Source of the DNA: Octopus vulgaris
Taxonomy: Eukaryota
NCBI GenBank assembly: GCA_951406725.2
Contig: OX597827.1
Coordinates: 46,810,001-46,874,000, forward strand
Direction of reading: 5' to 3'
DNA: 64,000 bases
In this document: positions 11,793-26,914 of the stretch, one piece after another
How positions within the stretch are numbered: the stretch's first letter is position 1
How the letters are laid out: the number at the start of each line of letters is the position of its first letter
Position numbers and translations under genes: made by a program
Notes under the pieces: model-generated
The model's input: the letters and a program-made list of their open reading frames with translations, nothing else
Told to the model about the DNA's origin: nothing
Databases searched by the model: none

Positions 11793-12146
11793 ACGTAAAA
11801 GTATATGTGCAGTATATCATTTGTTATATATCTTATATATGGATTTAGATTATATATATATATACGACATTAATTTTTATTGTATATTTTTTCTTCTTCT
11901 TCTTTTTCTTCTTCTTCTTCTTCTTCTTCTTCTTCTTCTTCTTCTTCTTCTTCTTCTTCTTCTTCTCTTCTTCTTCTTCTATACACACACATATAATGTA
12001 TATATAATTCATATGATATACGTGTATGCGTGTGTATGTATGCATACATGTATACACAAACGTATTGTATATATATATGTATATTTATGAATATATGTTG
12101 TTATACACACACACACAAACACACGCACACACACACACACACACGA

Positions 12147-12180
<34 letters not shown>

Positions 12181-12987
12181 GTAAGCAGTTCGGATAATCA
12201 TACATACATATACATACATATATGCATATATATACGTAAATATATATATACCTATATATATATACATATATATATATTTTGTATTGTATTATATATGTAT
12301 ATATATATATATATGGTACATTATATTTTACGATATATATATATATATACACACATACACACATATATTATTCTATATTTTACTATGTATGGTATATATA
12401 TATATGTGTATGTGTGTGCATGCATACATGAATACGTATATATGCTTATACATATGTATATCTATGTGCCTGTGTATGTCAACTCACAGACACACACACA
12501 CATATAGCAAAACAAAAACGACTGCAGAATAAAAATAACGAAGTAAATGCAGAAAAAAAAATTTTAGATAAAAAAAAATTAAAGAAAACACAAAGACAAA
12601 AACTAAACTAAACAATTCAAACACTAGTCTGAAAAAAAAAAACTCCCCAAAACTGATAAAAAAAAAGAGAATCGAAACTTATTTCGACAATTTTCAAAGT
12701 CGATTGTCAGACACTGGAACATTGTAAAAGCCGTTCTGTGAAGTTTCAATGTTATTTTAGCATTTTTTTTTCTTTCTCGTTGAAATGCTTGGTTATAGCG
12801 AGGGGAAATAAATAATAAAATAAAATAAATAAAAGAAAAATAAATAAATAAATCGAATATTGAAAAATATAGTATGAAAAAAAAGCAACTGCTAAAAAAA
12901 GCTCAAAGAAACGAAAACAATTTCAATATACACTATGGATTACTACTCTATGAATACGAAATAAGTTACCCAGGTATCTATGTGGAG

Positions 12988-13052
<65 letters not shown>

Positions 13053-13132
13053 TACATACATACACATACATACAGAAGTGTATTTCTATCTGTGTACATA
13101 TATATGTATATGTATATATATCTTTATATATA

Positions 13133-13171
<39 letters not shown>

Positions 13172-13192
13172 GTATATATATCTTTATATATA

Positions 13193-13262
<70 letters not shown>

Positions 13263-13504
13263 CTTATATTTATATATATACATACATGCACACACATATA
13301 TACTTACATAATCATACATAATACTAATATATTACATACATATACATTTGTATACACATATATACACCTACATATATGTAGAGACAGAGATAGGGGAAGA
13401 TGGACATTGTCGCATTGCCCTTCTTTAGATTATGCGCGTATGATAGAGAGATAAACAGATACTTGTATGTATGCATGTATGCATGTGTTTTTCTTACTAG
13501 TTAT

Positions 13505-13539
<35 letters not shown>

Positions 13540-14229
13540 CGTGCCAAAATTTGTATGAATTTCAATTGTGCATATGCAACAGCATTTAGCTACTACCTTG
13601 CATAGTTCTGATATCAGTTCATTCCTCTCGACTCCGTTTTCGCAGTTCTTAACTCAACCTGTTCAGGTGTTTGTAATGTATGCAATATGTTACCTGTTTA
13701 CAAATAAAGAACAAAAGTCGTATTTGACAATGTAGAACATACATAAAAACATGCATGCATACATACACACAAACACACACATATACGCACGCACACACAC
13801 ATATATATGATCAAACCCCGTGCGACCGGTGTTTGCATGCATCGGCAAAACTTGTAGTTTTTAGTGAAATCGATGAAAAGATTGCAGTGAGCTTGGCATG
13901 GAAAATGGAAAATCGAAAGTTTCGAAAAGAGGCATTCTTCAGGAAAAAGCTGACGGAATAAGAAATTAACGAGAGATGGCGGAGTCTTAAATCGTCCAAG
14001 TTTTTTTTTTAAATAGACATAAACTGACTGCAAACTTACAAGGAACGCAGGACCACGTCAACTTCATACGTGAACAAGAATTGGTGGGAGAGAGAAACAG
14101 TATGACAAAGATAGAGAGTAGGACGAATTGTATAAAGAGGAGAAGCAAGCAAAGTGAAGAGTTCAGATGATGGGAAAAGACGAGGTGAAAGGGTGAAGGA
14201 TAAGAAAGAGTTTAATATACTAAGTGGGT

Positions 14230-15270
14230 TGTGGGAGTAAAAGGAACAGCATTCATTCCAACCTGCCGCTGACATGCTGCAAAATTCGAGTATGAAACGT
14301 TGTTCCTTCCGTGTCTTTGAGAATGTGGATCCATGGTGTGCGGCGGTGCCACATATTGATGAGTGAGTGGTGGAATGGCTTGTAGTGTTGTAGTAAGCGG
14401 CGGCAGACTGCTCTAGCATACGTGGGTAACTAACCTAGGATATATTACCGAAAGTGATCGGCAAGGCGTCGGTCTGGTTCTTACAACGTAAATGGCCTCG
14501 CAAAGCTTGCATATGTTGTAATATATATCTGGATGAAGTGTAGTAGAAGTTCTGAGTAATGTGATATTGTGAATTAGGTCCAGTGATGGTTGTAGTGATG
14601 TTAATGTAGGGCTAGGTGTTGCTTCATCGGGGAACGTATATAAAAGTGTCTGGTTGTGTGGGGATGGGCACTGTGGAGCTCCTTATCAGAAAGTTTCTGA
14701 GGTTCCTTTGTGAAGTCAAGGTGTAGTGATTTGGGAAATATTGAAGCAGTTGTGCGGTCAGTAAAGAGATTTCGGTAGTTGCGAATGAATTTATGTTTGA
14801 ATGGGAGGATGGAGATGTGGAAGTGTACAGAGGGTAGAATACTGTGTGTAGGCGTGCAAAAAGGGAGCAGTCGATGGCATGGGCTCAGAGGCGTGTAGGG
14901 TTCACTAGTGATCGGGGGTACACTCAATTTAGGAAGAACTATCGCCTAATTTGGCATTGGGATAGGTGATCCCAATGAATGCTGCAGAGTCTGCGAAGGC
15001 GAAGGAAATGGGAGAAAGGCATTACAGACTTAATGCTTTGGATGAGAAGTGTAGTGAAAATAGCAATGGGGGTCAGATGGCTTGTTGCGGTGTTGGGGGG
15101 GGGGGGGTTGACATGGATATTGGTTATGGTAATGAAAGATATTGAGGAAACTAACAGAAGTATCAAGTGCGGTAGCAGTAAATTCCAAGGTAGGTGGAAG
15201 GAATTAACGAAGAAGATGAATCCATCGAGCGTTGTATGGTAAGGGTAGATGCGTCGATACATGTTTCAAT
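14230..15270 (-). pseudogene. Highly degenerate Penelope-like element (RT thumb to GIY-YIG)
   Basis: Peptide remnants FIFFVNSFH, SVMPFSHFLRLRRLCS, IRNYRNLFTDRTTASIFP and RRLADHF lie in the order expected for a PLE; many frameshifts. Confidence 0.65.
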
Positions 15271-15448
15271 GCAACAACCATACAGAAAATTCGTTGTGCT
15301 TCTTTATTTATTACTTTTACTGTATATATCTTTAACAAAGTATATACCTTTTATACCGATGTATCACTCTCTCTCGTCCTCTCTCTCTTACTCTCTCTCT
15401 CTCTCTCTCTCTATCTGACCATCTGTCTGTCTGTCCGTCCGTCCGTCC

Positions 15449-15581
<133 letters not shown>

Positions 15582-16287
15582 GCCTCCTTCCTTCAAACGG
15601 GAAGGAAGAGCTATTTTCATCATCTTTGTGGCTATGGCGAAAGAATGTATCTGGTGGACGCGTCTGAAAGGATTGGAGACAAACACTTTCCTCTCTGGTC
15701 AATCTCTCATCAACTTCTTCAACTACCACTTGAAAAGGAAAGTGAGAGTAGAGAGGCAAGTTTTGTCTAGCGAATGTTTTAAAAAAAGATGGGTGAATGT
15801 AGCAAGGATGGCACGTATGAATGACGAAGCCACCTTGAGCATAATCCTATGAACCCAGAAATTGAAAACAGAGGGTTACCCACTTGCAAACAAATGTGGT
15901 AACATATAACAATATTGACCAAGGTTACCGTGGTCTTTTTCGTAGGCTTTTCTTCCCACGGATAAACCTTACTTGCTTTCCCCTTTACACCATACATCAT
16001 AACACTGTGATACACGATCCCTATTGATCGTTTTTTTTCCTCTTCCCCTTTTTTTCCCCTCTTTTCTTCTTTTTTCATTTCTCTTTTCTTTTGTTCCTTT
16101 TCCTTTTTTTCTTTTCTTTTTTTTTGTTCTTTTTCCCCTTTTTTCCCTTTTGATCGAAAACATACGCCACCTTTTTCTTTGTTTCTTTTGTTTTTTGTTT
16201 TTTTTTGTTTTTTCATCCCCCAAAAGAAAAGCTCTACCTTGTAACTTGTCTCATCTGTGTGCAGCCCTGTGTGGCCAATAAAGAAAT
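15582..16287 (+). mobile_element. L1/Tx1-like non-LTR retrotransposon, short 3' fragment
   Basis: Near-identical to 17294-18037 (ORF2 end, pyrimidine-rich 3' UTR, end gtggccaataaagaaat). Confidence 0.85.
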
Positions 16288-16292
16288 TTATC

Positions 16293-18037
16293 TAGTGGGC
16301 TTGCGACTAGGCACCTGGAGAAGCAAGTCCATGCCGTCCACCAGCGCCTTCGTTGTGGGACGCTGGACCGACGGTCCGGTCGAGTTGCTCGGGGTCTGGT
16401 TCGGTCCGGACCTCCAAATGGGGAAGAACTGGAACGAGATAACGAGTAGGGTGGTCACTCTCGCCCGGCAATGGGCCGAGAGGAAACTGTCCCTAAAGGG
16501 TAAGGCGGAGGTGGCGAACACGTACATCGCGTCCGTCATCGACTACCGCCTGACCGTCGTGCCTTGTCCCGACCCTACCATCACCAAACTAGAACGCATT
16601 CTCTTTCGCTTCTTGTGGAAAGGATGCGTCCCGATGGTCAGGCGATCCATTTGCTGTCAACACCCGTTAAAAGGAGGACTGGGCATGCCGTGGTTGATGA
16701 TGCGCAGACACGCGCTGAGACTGCGACATCTCAGGCTCTTCGTAGACGATGGTGAACAGGTGTGGTTGCCGTTTGTGAGGCACGCTTTCCCGCAGCTCGT
16801 CTCCATGACCGAACTGCAATCGTGGATCAAAAAGAGGCCGAGGAAGGGCGAATGGCACCGCGAGTGTCGCGTTGCTCTCAAGCAATTCTGCCGTCCTGGG
16901 TCGATCTTGAGTGACTCCATCACAACCAAAGCATTCTATAGGGGATTAGTGGAGGGAGGTACGACGACGAGCTCGGGGCGAACCTGGACGTCGACGAGGA
17001 ATACCTGACCCGCCTGTTCGGGACGACTTTCGGGCCAGGGCCCATGGACAACTTCCAGAGATCCCTGGCCTGGCAGTGCTACCGAGAAGCGCTACCGGTC
17101 GGGATAAGCTCTACAGACACGGCTCGAGAAACACAGGCCCGACCTGCCCGAGATGCGGTCAGAGCGACGAAACCGTTCTGCACGCACTCGTTCAGTGTCC
17201 AACAATTTCCGACCTGTGGGCTTATGTCGAACAACTGCTGTCACGTGTGGGACGAGTCGGTTTATCAGCTGAGTCTATCGTCAATATTGTCACGCCTCCT
17301 TCCTTCAAACGGGAAGGAAGAGCTATTTTCATCATCCTTGTGGCTATGGCGAAAGAATGTATCTGGTGGATGCGTCTGAAAGGATTGGAGACAAACACTT
17401 TCCTCTCTGGTCAATCTCTCATCAACTTCTTCAAGTACCACTTGAAAAGGAAAGTGAGAGTAGAGAGGCAAGTTTTGTCTAGCGAACGTTTTAAAAAAAA
17501 GATGGGTGAATGTAGCAAGGATGGCACGTATGAATGACGAAGCCACCTTGAGCATAATCCTATGAACCCAGAAATTGAAAACAGAGGGTTACCCACTTGC
17601 AAACAAATGTGGTAACATATAACAATATTGACCAAGGTTACCGTGGTCTTTTTCGTAGGCTTTTCTTCCCACGGATAAACCTTACTTGCTTTCCCCTTTA
17701 CACCATACATCATAACACTGTGATACACGATCCCTATTGATAGTTTTTTTCCCTCTTCCCCTTTTTTCCTCTTTTTTCTTCTTTTTTCATTTCTCTTTTC
17801 TTTTGTTCCTTTTCCTTTTTTCTTTTTTTCTTTTCTTTTCTTTTTTTGTTCATTTTTCCTTTTACGATCCCTTTTGATCGAAAATCTGCACCACCTTTTT
17901 TTTTTCTTTTGTTTATTTTTCTTTTGTTTTTCGTTTCTTTTGTTTTTTGTTTTTTTGTTTTTTTCATCCCCAAAAGAAAAGCTCTACCTTGTAACTTGTC
18001 CCATCTGTGTGCAGCCCTGTGTGGCCTATACAGAAAC
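16293..18037 (+). mobile_element. L1/Tx1-like non-LTR retrotransposon, 5'-truncated (post-RT region + CCHC zinc knuckle)
   Basis: LGVWFG...W..RKLSLKGK..V.N...FLWKG...GGLGMP (16205-17008) and CPRCGQSDETVLHALVQCP (17076-17537); frameshifts near 16960 and 17100. Confidence 0.9.
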
Positions 18038-18124
18038 TTATCTATCTATCTATCTATCTGACCATCTGTCTGTCTGTCTGCCTGCTTGCCTGTTTGTTTG
18101 TATGTCTGTCTGTCTGTCTGTATG

Positions 18125-18257
<133 letters not shown>

Positions 18258-18807
18258 TTGTCTATCTTCATATCCATTGATCTACATTATATATCAGATA
18301 ACATGATCTGTTACATAATCTGGAAAATGGTTGCTGCTGATATGATGTTCGATTCGAAGTATCTTTACGCCATTATTAACCATGAAATTATTCTATCACC
18401 TGTTGTTACGTAAGATGACATACTTGCCTTCAGCTACTGCGTTGGAAATAAAATTTGAAGAATTTCGAAATTCCTGTGATATAAAATGATATCTGAAATC
18501 ATTTTCGAAGAAGCATTTTCAAGCAATCATTCGGAAAATTGTACCGAAGAACGTGAAAGCTACAGTGGGAGACAATAAATGCTTTAGGTGAATTTTTCAG
18601 ACTTGTTATTTCCAAAATTAACGGAAGCAAGCAGAGGCGCTCATTCATACGTCCATATTTATACTGAAATATATGAAAGGACAGGAAGATATATGAATGT
18701 GCATATGTATATGTATATCTGTATGTATGTATGTATGTATGTATGTATGTATGTATGTATGTATGTATGTATGTATGTATGTATGTATGTAGGTATGTAT
18801 GCATGTC

Positions 18808-18839
<32 letters not shown>

Positions 18840-19087
18840 TGTATGTATGTATGTATGTATGCATGTATGTATGCATCTATCTATCTATCTACCTATCTAC
18901 CTATATCTACATATGTATATATGCTTATGTATACGTATATATAAATACACATACGGGAATATATGCACTCATACATTCATACACACATAAATGTATATGT
19001 ATGTGTATATATATATATATATGTTTATATATCGATCTTTGTATATATATATACATATATATCTATCTCTATATATATGTATATAAA

Positions 19088-19142
<55 letters not shown>

Positions 19143-19149
19143 ATATCTA

Positions 19150-19199
<50 letters not shown>

Positions 19200-19295
19200 C
19201 ACACACAAACACATATATATATGTATATATATATGGAAAAGAAGAACGAGAGAGTGATAAATCCATAGATCATATATACCTTGTTTGTGTCTATG

Positions 19296-19373
<78 letters not shown>

Positions 19374-19734
19374 GGCGTGTGTTGGCGTAAACCAATTTGA
19401 TCACTTCTTATATTCTGTATTTAATGGACATTATAGGCTTGTTCTACGAAATTATGAAATGATGCAGACATACTTACATATACACACACGTACACACATA
19501 CACTACACAGATACACATAACATATGTGCTTATTTATTGGCTGTGCATTAGTGTGAAGCAGCGAACAGACTGTAACTCGGGAAGCATTAAATATGTGTAT
19601 GTTTGTGTATCTACGTATATGTAGATGTATATATAGAAGTACATTCATTCACATATATATATATATATGTATATTCATTCACACATATATATATATATCT
19701 TTATATATGTGTACATATATACATACGTACACAC

Positions 19735-19807
<73 letters not shown>

Positions 19808-20055
19808 TGTGTGTGTGTGTGTAAGAAAGATTTCCGAAATGGAAATATCAGAAATAGAAATTGTGACCGGACGAAACGAAATCTTATATGCATACACATA
19901 GAGGTTGATTTAACGGATGTGATATTGTGCCTCATAATTTATAGTGGATGAGCATATATATATACATACCTACATATACATACATACATACATACATACA
20001 TACATACATACATACATACATACATACGTACATACATACATATATACATACAAAC

Positions 20056-20091
<36 letters not shown>

Positions 20092-20142
20092 GCATACATA
20101 TATATATATGCATATATATGTACATATATATGTGTGCCTGTA

Positions 20143-20188
<46 letters not shown>

Positions 20189-20972
20189 TATATATGCACA
20201 TAGATATTCTATTAGATTTCCCCCATTATATGTATATATATATACATATTAATATAGTCTCTCTCTCTCTCACACACATACATATTCGACGATGAGTTAA
20301 TCTAATACTAAATCCAATTGCTATAACTTCATGACAGGAAATTGAAATCATGATCTTATAAGTCCCGATCGTTGTGAATTGTATCTCTCTACTGTCCATC
20401 TCTTTTACAAATCTCATAAATGAGAATATTTTTGCCAATTTTTCGGCCATCTTAATATTCTTGCTCTGCTCGTTATTCCCGTAAATTTCATTATTATGTT
20501 ATTTTATATTCAATATATTTTCAGTGTGTTATGTATTATTATTGTAATGCATTCTTCATTTCATTATTCCATAAATTATATTGTATTAATTCATGTACCA
20601 TACATACATACGTACGTACGTGTGCACATACATACATACATACATACATAAAGACAGACAGATAGACACACAGACATATTTTTCAGCTCTATACTGTAAG
20701 TACTCACCGACAGCTCTATGTGGTTATGAATTTTACTTTACAAACACAATGCTCCGGTTTCGATTCCATATACATACATATCAAAATGTTGATATATAGA
20801 TCAGGAAAATGCTCTCTCTATAGAGGCGTATGTATTTACCGATGTGAAGATTAACTGAGGTAGTAAATCAAATCAATTAGAGTCTTTTATGTACCCACGG
20901 AGGTTAGCCGGCATTAATAACCGGTACATGCCACTACAGTACCTACTTGGATTCTGTGTCACCACCAGCCGT

Positions 20973-21340
20973 CACATGGTTCCGGGTTCAGTCGCACTGC
21001 GTGGCACCTTGGAAAAGTGTCTTCTACTATGGACTCGGGCCGACCACAGCCTTGTGAGTGGATTTGGTAGACGGAAACTGAAAGAAGCCCGTCGTATATA
21101 TGTAAGTATATATATGTATGTGTGTGTGTATGTTTGTGTGTCTGTGTTTGTCCCCCCAACATCGCATGACAAGCGATGCTGGTGTGTTTACGTCCCTGAA
21201 ACTTAGCGGTTTGGCAAAAGAGACCGATAGAATAAGTACTAGGCTTCCAAAGAAGTCCTGGGGTCGATTTGCTCGACTAAAGGCGGTGCTCCAGCATGGT
21301 TGCAGTCAAATGACTGAAACAAGTAAAAGAGTAAAAGAGT
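20973..21340 (+). mobile_element. SINE family A, near full length
   Basis: B-box-like ggttcagtc, CORE-like tggcaccttggaaaagtgtcttc, internal (TA)/(TG) tract, family 3' half. Confidence 0.85.
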
Positions 21341-22058
21341 ACTATATATACGTGCATATATATATACCTACATATAAACGCGAACGAAATGAGAAACGGG
21401 AACATAAAAATCGAAGATATCAAAAACGAACTTTGAACAACGAAAGAAACAAATAGAGAAACGAGACAGGCAACATAAAGAACATTCCCTTCATAATTTG
21501 TCCCCTGTTTTATCTACTCCGCGTTTCGAAGGTAGGGACAAGGTGCGACTTTGTTAAAACAGTCCTTCCCGCAAAGCAAATTAAATAAAATTTGGGATTT
21601 TTTGCGGAGGGTTAAAGTGGTAACAAAAACATTACAGTGAGATCAAGACAGTAAAAATAAACGGTGATGGCTGTTAAGCTATGACGATATGAAGTGGTGA
21701 ACACTGGAAAAACGAGCTTTGAGAAGAGACAGGCAAAAGCACCTCTTGTCTTTAGGAAAGAAGTGGAAGACAGAAAGATAGATAGCCGTTGGTCACGTGT
21801 GAGAAACGAGAGAGTCAAGGAGGAAGACTGAAAGTGAGAGAGAGGGGGGACGGTAAAGGGGAGAGGAGAAGAATTAGAGAAAGGGTGGGAGAGAAAAACA
21901 GAAAGAAGAAGAGAGGGAGGTAGATAGAATATATATATGCAAACATACACATACAATTAAATATAAGGATGAAATCTATATAAGAATTTATCAAGTAGTC
22001 AGCGTTCAACACTTGTATATATATATATATATATATATATAGATAGATAGATATAGAT

Positions 22059-22112
<54 letters not shown>

Positions 22113-22121
<9 letters not shown>

Positions 22122-22417
22122 TGTTCTTTCTGGAGCCACGGCTGATTCATGGGGCTGGTTTCCCGGTTTCCTTGGCGTATAGGTTCCCCACTTGGACGGG
22201 ACGCCGGTCCGTCGCAGGTGAGCTGCAAGATGCAGAAGGAAAGAGTGAGGGAAAGTTGTGGCGAAAAAGTCAGCAGAAGTTCGCCATTACCTTCTGCCGG
22301 AGCTGTGTGGAGCTTAGGTGTTTCTCTCATAAACACACACATCACCCGGTCTGAGATTCGAACCCGCGATCTCTCGACTGCGAGTCCGCTGCTCCAACCA
22401 CTAAGCCTTGTGCCTCC
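22113..22417 (-). mobile_element. SINE family C (tRNA-derived)
   Basis: Minus strand ggaggcacaaggcttagtggttggagc...gggttcgaatctc (A and B boxes), (AAC)n tail; second copy at 33527-33830. Confidence 0.88.
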
Positions 22418-22550
22418 GCGTATATATATATATATATATATATATTTATAAATACATACACACACACACAAATATATATAATGCACAATTAGACTACACA
22501 TGGTGTACACACGCATAATCATGTGCATACATATTAGAGGTATATACAAA

Positions 22551-22745
22551 CAGGCGTGGCAGCAGGTAAGAAGTTTACTTCCCAACCACAATCTTCGGGG
22601 GTTCAGTCTTACTGCGTGATACCTTGGTCAAGTTTCTTCTACTGTAACCTCGAAGCGACCAAAGCCTTGTGAGTGGATTTCGCAGACAGAAGCTGAAATA
22701 ATTCCATCGTATGTATGTACGTACGTACGTACGTACGTATGTATG

Positions 22746-22807
<62 letters not shown>

Positions 22808-23018
22808 TGCGTATGTATCTATGTGTGTCTGTGTCTGTGTGTGTGTTTATGTTCTCGTAACTTAACGGTTCGGCAAAAGATACCGATAGAATAAGTACTA
22901 GGCTTACAAAGAATAGATATTGTGGGCGATTTCTTCGACTAAACTGCCCTTTAATGCGGTGCTCCAGCACGGCCTCAGTCAATTGGCTCAAACGAGTAAA
23001 AAAAAAGAACAAAAGAAT
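22551..23018 (+). mobile_element. SINE family A, diverged
   Basis: Head, internal microsatellite and 3' half all recognisable. Confidence 0.75.
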
Positions 23019-23519
23019 ACGTGTATTTATATATTTCTAAACACAGGGATATGTGCTATCGGTAATGTAGTATCTGTTTCTTTACTATAGGACTTTGGGT
23101 GTTTGCCAGGCATTGATAAATGGTGAGAAATGTTATTATTTAGTAAGCATGTCTAGACCCATAAATAAAACATAAACAAACGAAGAGGAAAGAATAAAAG
23201 CAATCGAAGTAAAGAAGCTGGAGATTATTCAAAAATATTTAGAGCAACGTTTATGTGATAAATGCAGAAGGAACTCTAAAACGTAGTGAAGTTCTTTCGC
23301 CAGTGATGTAGAGTCGCTTTCCCGGTTTCATCTACGCACCCACACATCACAGACGCACAGATACACACGTCAAAATCACTAGTCCCTATCCACACATACA
23401 CACACACACACACTTACACATGCTCACATACGCACGCACGCACGTACGCGCATCTTCATTTTGGGATCACCAATACTTTATTATCTCCCCTTCTTTCTAC
23501 CTCTCCTGTCAAACCGTTT

Positions 23520-23730
23520 TCCCCCAACCATTCGCCAGGCTTGATCGTTAAATCTACAAGTTTTTTTAAAATTCTCTCTGTTTATTTTCTTGTATTCCTT
23601 TCTGTTGAAGCGCGTAGGCTCCAAACGTAAAAATGACTTTCTCACTTTCTCAAGCGTCAAGCTAATACTTATGCTTGGTGTTCATACACCTGTCTTTGTA
23701 TTTTGCTTTTCAGTAACTTTCTACTATATG
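23520..23730 (+). mobile_element. Penelope-type pseudo-LTR fragment
   Basis: Homologous to 9181-9370 (reverse complement) and 31380-31545; hammerhead-like motif at 23598-23633. Confidence 0.5.
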
Positions 23731-23746
23731 TATATATACATATTAT

Positions 23747-23781
<35 letters not shown>

Positions 23782-24850
23782 GATAGACAGATAGATTGAT
23801 CGGTAGATACATACATACACACACCCATCCATACATACTTACACATATATATATTTATACACATACATACATATATTATACGCTCAGATAGTTACCCCAG
23901 TTTGATCCTGACTGAACTTATCTGCTGACTCTACTTTCCCGGATTTCACTGGATTTTTCCTCTGATGCTAATCGATTTAATCTACCACGAATTTTGAACT
24001 TTTTGAACTGTCTGTACTTCTGTTTCCTTTATTCCTTTCCGTTGAAGAGCGTAGGCTCGAAACATAAATGACATTTCCATGTTACCGAGCGTCGAATTAA
24101 TACACTGCTGCTTCCTTTCTGTTTCTTATCGCCACATTCTCCCTCTTTGTTTCTCTCTCCTTTCTCTCTCTCTTTCCCAGTCTCTTACTCTTCCTTTCTC
24201 TCGGACCCTCCCTCGCTTTCTCTTACTCTCTATATTTCTCTATATCTCTCTCTCCCATTTATAAAAAACAAAAGATCTTGAGTAAGTTGAGAAAGAAAAT
24301 ATTTTGAAAGATCAATCAGGCAGTGACAACGGAAAGGTTTGCTTCAAGGCGGAAAGCAAAACACAAACATTTAAAAGGGGCAGACGAACTTGCGAGCTGA
24401 ATAAAAATGAAAAAAAACTATTGGAAACCAAAGTTTGAAGGGATAGAATCTCAGGATTGTAGACTCACCATGGCTGGCATTCAAAACTTCTTAATGACGG
24501 ACAACAACGTACTGGCAATTTAACGGCTGGCGCAAAATTTTGAACTTGATGTAAAAGAAAATTCCACCAAAGCAACTACTGTAGCGCCCCAAAACGTCTC
24601 CCAATCAATTTCTCACCTCAAGTTACCCCTTCCTGTAAATTCAAATCCTCTTCCAGCCCCATTTAGATCCCTTTTTACATAAAAATCCAATTTGTATCAA
24701 CGTTCGCCCTCTTCATTTTATAGATTAGATTATTATAAGATGTAAATAAAACATGAAAATCAAAGCGGAAATTTCTTTGGGTAACATATATATATATATA
24801 GGCAGTAAAAGAACAAGAAAGTGAGTACATAAAATTACTACATCCAAAAG

Positions 24851-26388
24851 ACCTATTATAGCTGGTCCAGCATGCCCTACCCACCGTCTAAGCAGTTTTA
24901 TTGACATTGTTTTGAAACCACTATGTACTTACATACCCAGTTTCATCAGGGATGACATCGACTTCCTGTCCCATCTTCCCAAAACAACAGAAACAAATTC
25001 AGTTTTACTAAGTTTTGATGTGGTAAGCCTCTACACCAATATTCCACACGATTTAGGAATAAAGGCGATTAAATACTGGTTAGAAAAACATAGAGAAGTG
25101 ATTCCCAGCAGATTCACAGTGCCATTTATATTAGACACAGTCAAACTTATTCTAGAATATAACACATTCTTCTTCAATGGAAAGAATTACATCCAAATTA
25201 GAGGCACGGCGATGGGAACGAGGTTTGCTCCCGTTTACGCCAACTCTGTAATGGGATACTTAGAACAACAACTCTACCAAGAGGTGGAGGTAAACTATGG
25301 CACTGGATTTAGAAAGTATATTGAAAAGGCATGGAAGAGATACCTAGACGACTGCTTCATAATCTGGACAGAATCTCTAAATACTCTGGAAGAGTTCAAT
25401 ATCCTCCTGAACAACCTACACCCATCTCTCCAATTTACAAAGGAAATGAGTAGTACCAAATTACCATTCCTAGATATAATGGTAATTAAAAAAGACACCA
25501 CCATCACCACAGATATATTCTATAAACACACAGACACACATCAATACCTAAATTTTAAGTCGTGCCATCCACCACATACAAAACGTAACATCCCATACTG
25601 CCTAGCCAGAAGAATTTGTACCATTGTAGAAGATGCAAATATCAGGAACAGACGCCTAATAGAACTAAGAGAATTTTTGCTCAAACAAAAATACCCATCT
25701 CTACTTATAGAAAATGGCATACAGCGGGCTATAAAAATACCCATACAACAACTTAGGACAACCCAAGGAAGAGGAAAACAAGAATAAGTCATACCATTCA
25801 TAGTGACACACAACCCATGTCACCAGAATATCTTCAACATTGCCAAAGCAAACCTACCAATCATTGCCCAAAGTAATGAATTAAAAGACATAATCACGGA
25901 TCGAGCTATGGTGCTTAGTAAAAGACAGCCTAAAAAACTTGAAAACATTACTAACAAAGGCAAAATTTGACCTTAGCAACAAAGACCAAACATTCACGGT
26001 ATCTAAATGCAATGATAGCCGATGTGGCACATGCCAATTCATACATACCGGCCAATATATAAACACAAAAACCGGGAAAATATTCACAAACGCGAATATG
26101 AACTGCAAAAGCAGAAATTTAATTTACTGCATCAAATGCCCAAATTGTGAAGAAATATATGTAGGTCAGACGGGAAACGCACTATCAGAACGCTCACGTG
26201 TACACCGGCAACAGATTAGAGACCCAGAGGTCCGTCAGATACCTTTGAGTAACCACCTAGCAACATGTGGCCGGAAAATGTATATAATATTTCCGTTCTA
26301 CAAATTACACAGCCCAAGCGAAATCGAGAGGAGAATCAGAGAAAAGAATTTTATTGATAAATTCGAACCCAAGCTAAATAAGCAATAA
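24851..26388 (+). pseudogene. PLE reverse transcriptase-GIY-YIG endonuclease ORF with one stop and one frameshift
   Basis: RPIIAG, FDVVSLYTNIP, GTAMGTRFAP, RYLDD, LPFLD; TAA at 25785-25787; extra A in the run at about 25932-25938; then NLIYCIKCPNCEEIYVGQT. Confidence 0.92.
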
Positions 26389-26701
26389 TAATAATACTTA
26401 GAGGTACTACTTCTACTGCTACGACCATGACCACTAACAACAACAACAATACTAAAGGTGATCAAGATGAAGATAGCAGGAAAATTATCTTATTTAGGGT
26501 TAAAAGTTCTATTGCCACCACCATCACCACTAGCAACAATAATTAAGGTGCTGACAATGATGATGATGACAATTGAAATATAAAAATATAAAAATCTGAC
26601 AAAGGATATTTACAACATTTCTAAAAATAACCCAACAATTGCTGCTTCGGCCAGGGTCAAGATACAGGACTCTTGACATGTCCAACAAAGCGTGATGCCT
26701 A

Positions 26702-26765
26702 AACCAATCAGCTCAACCAACCAATCAGCTCAACCAACCAATCAGCACAACCAACCAATCAGCTT
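26702..26765 (+). repeat. 17-bp tandem repeat x~4 containing CCAAT (aaccaatcagctcaacc)
   Basis: Directly visible; lies in the PLE 3' non-coding region. Confidence 0.85.
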
Positions 26766-26914
26766 AAGTAATTGAGTGATGCTACACACTGATTGGTCAG
26801 AATACAGTTTGCAAAACCTAGCACTCTGGAGCCTACCCAGATGTATTTATAGCACAGAATCAATCATCTTGCTACAGTCAAAAATTGTGAAGCATGACTG
26901 TCACCACTACTACA

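Noticed and set aside
18429-18474. Possible minus-strand GC-AG micro-exon
   Set aside because: Such signals are expected by chance; no supporting homology.
21480-21545. Possible type II hammerhead on the minus strand (gaaacgcg...ttatgaaggg)
   Set aside because: No UH site, no CUGANGA box and no convincing stem I.
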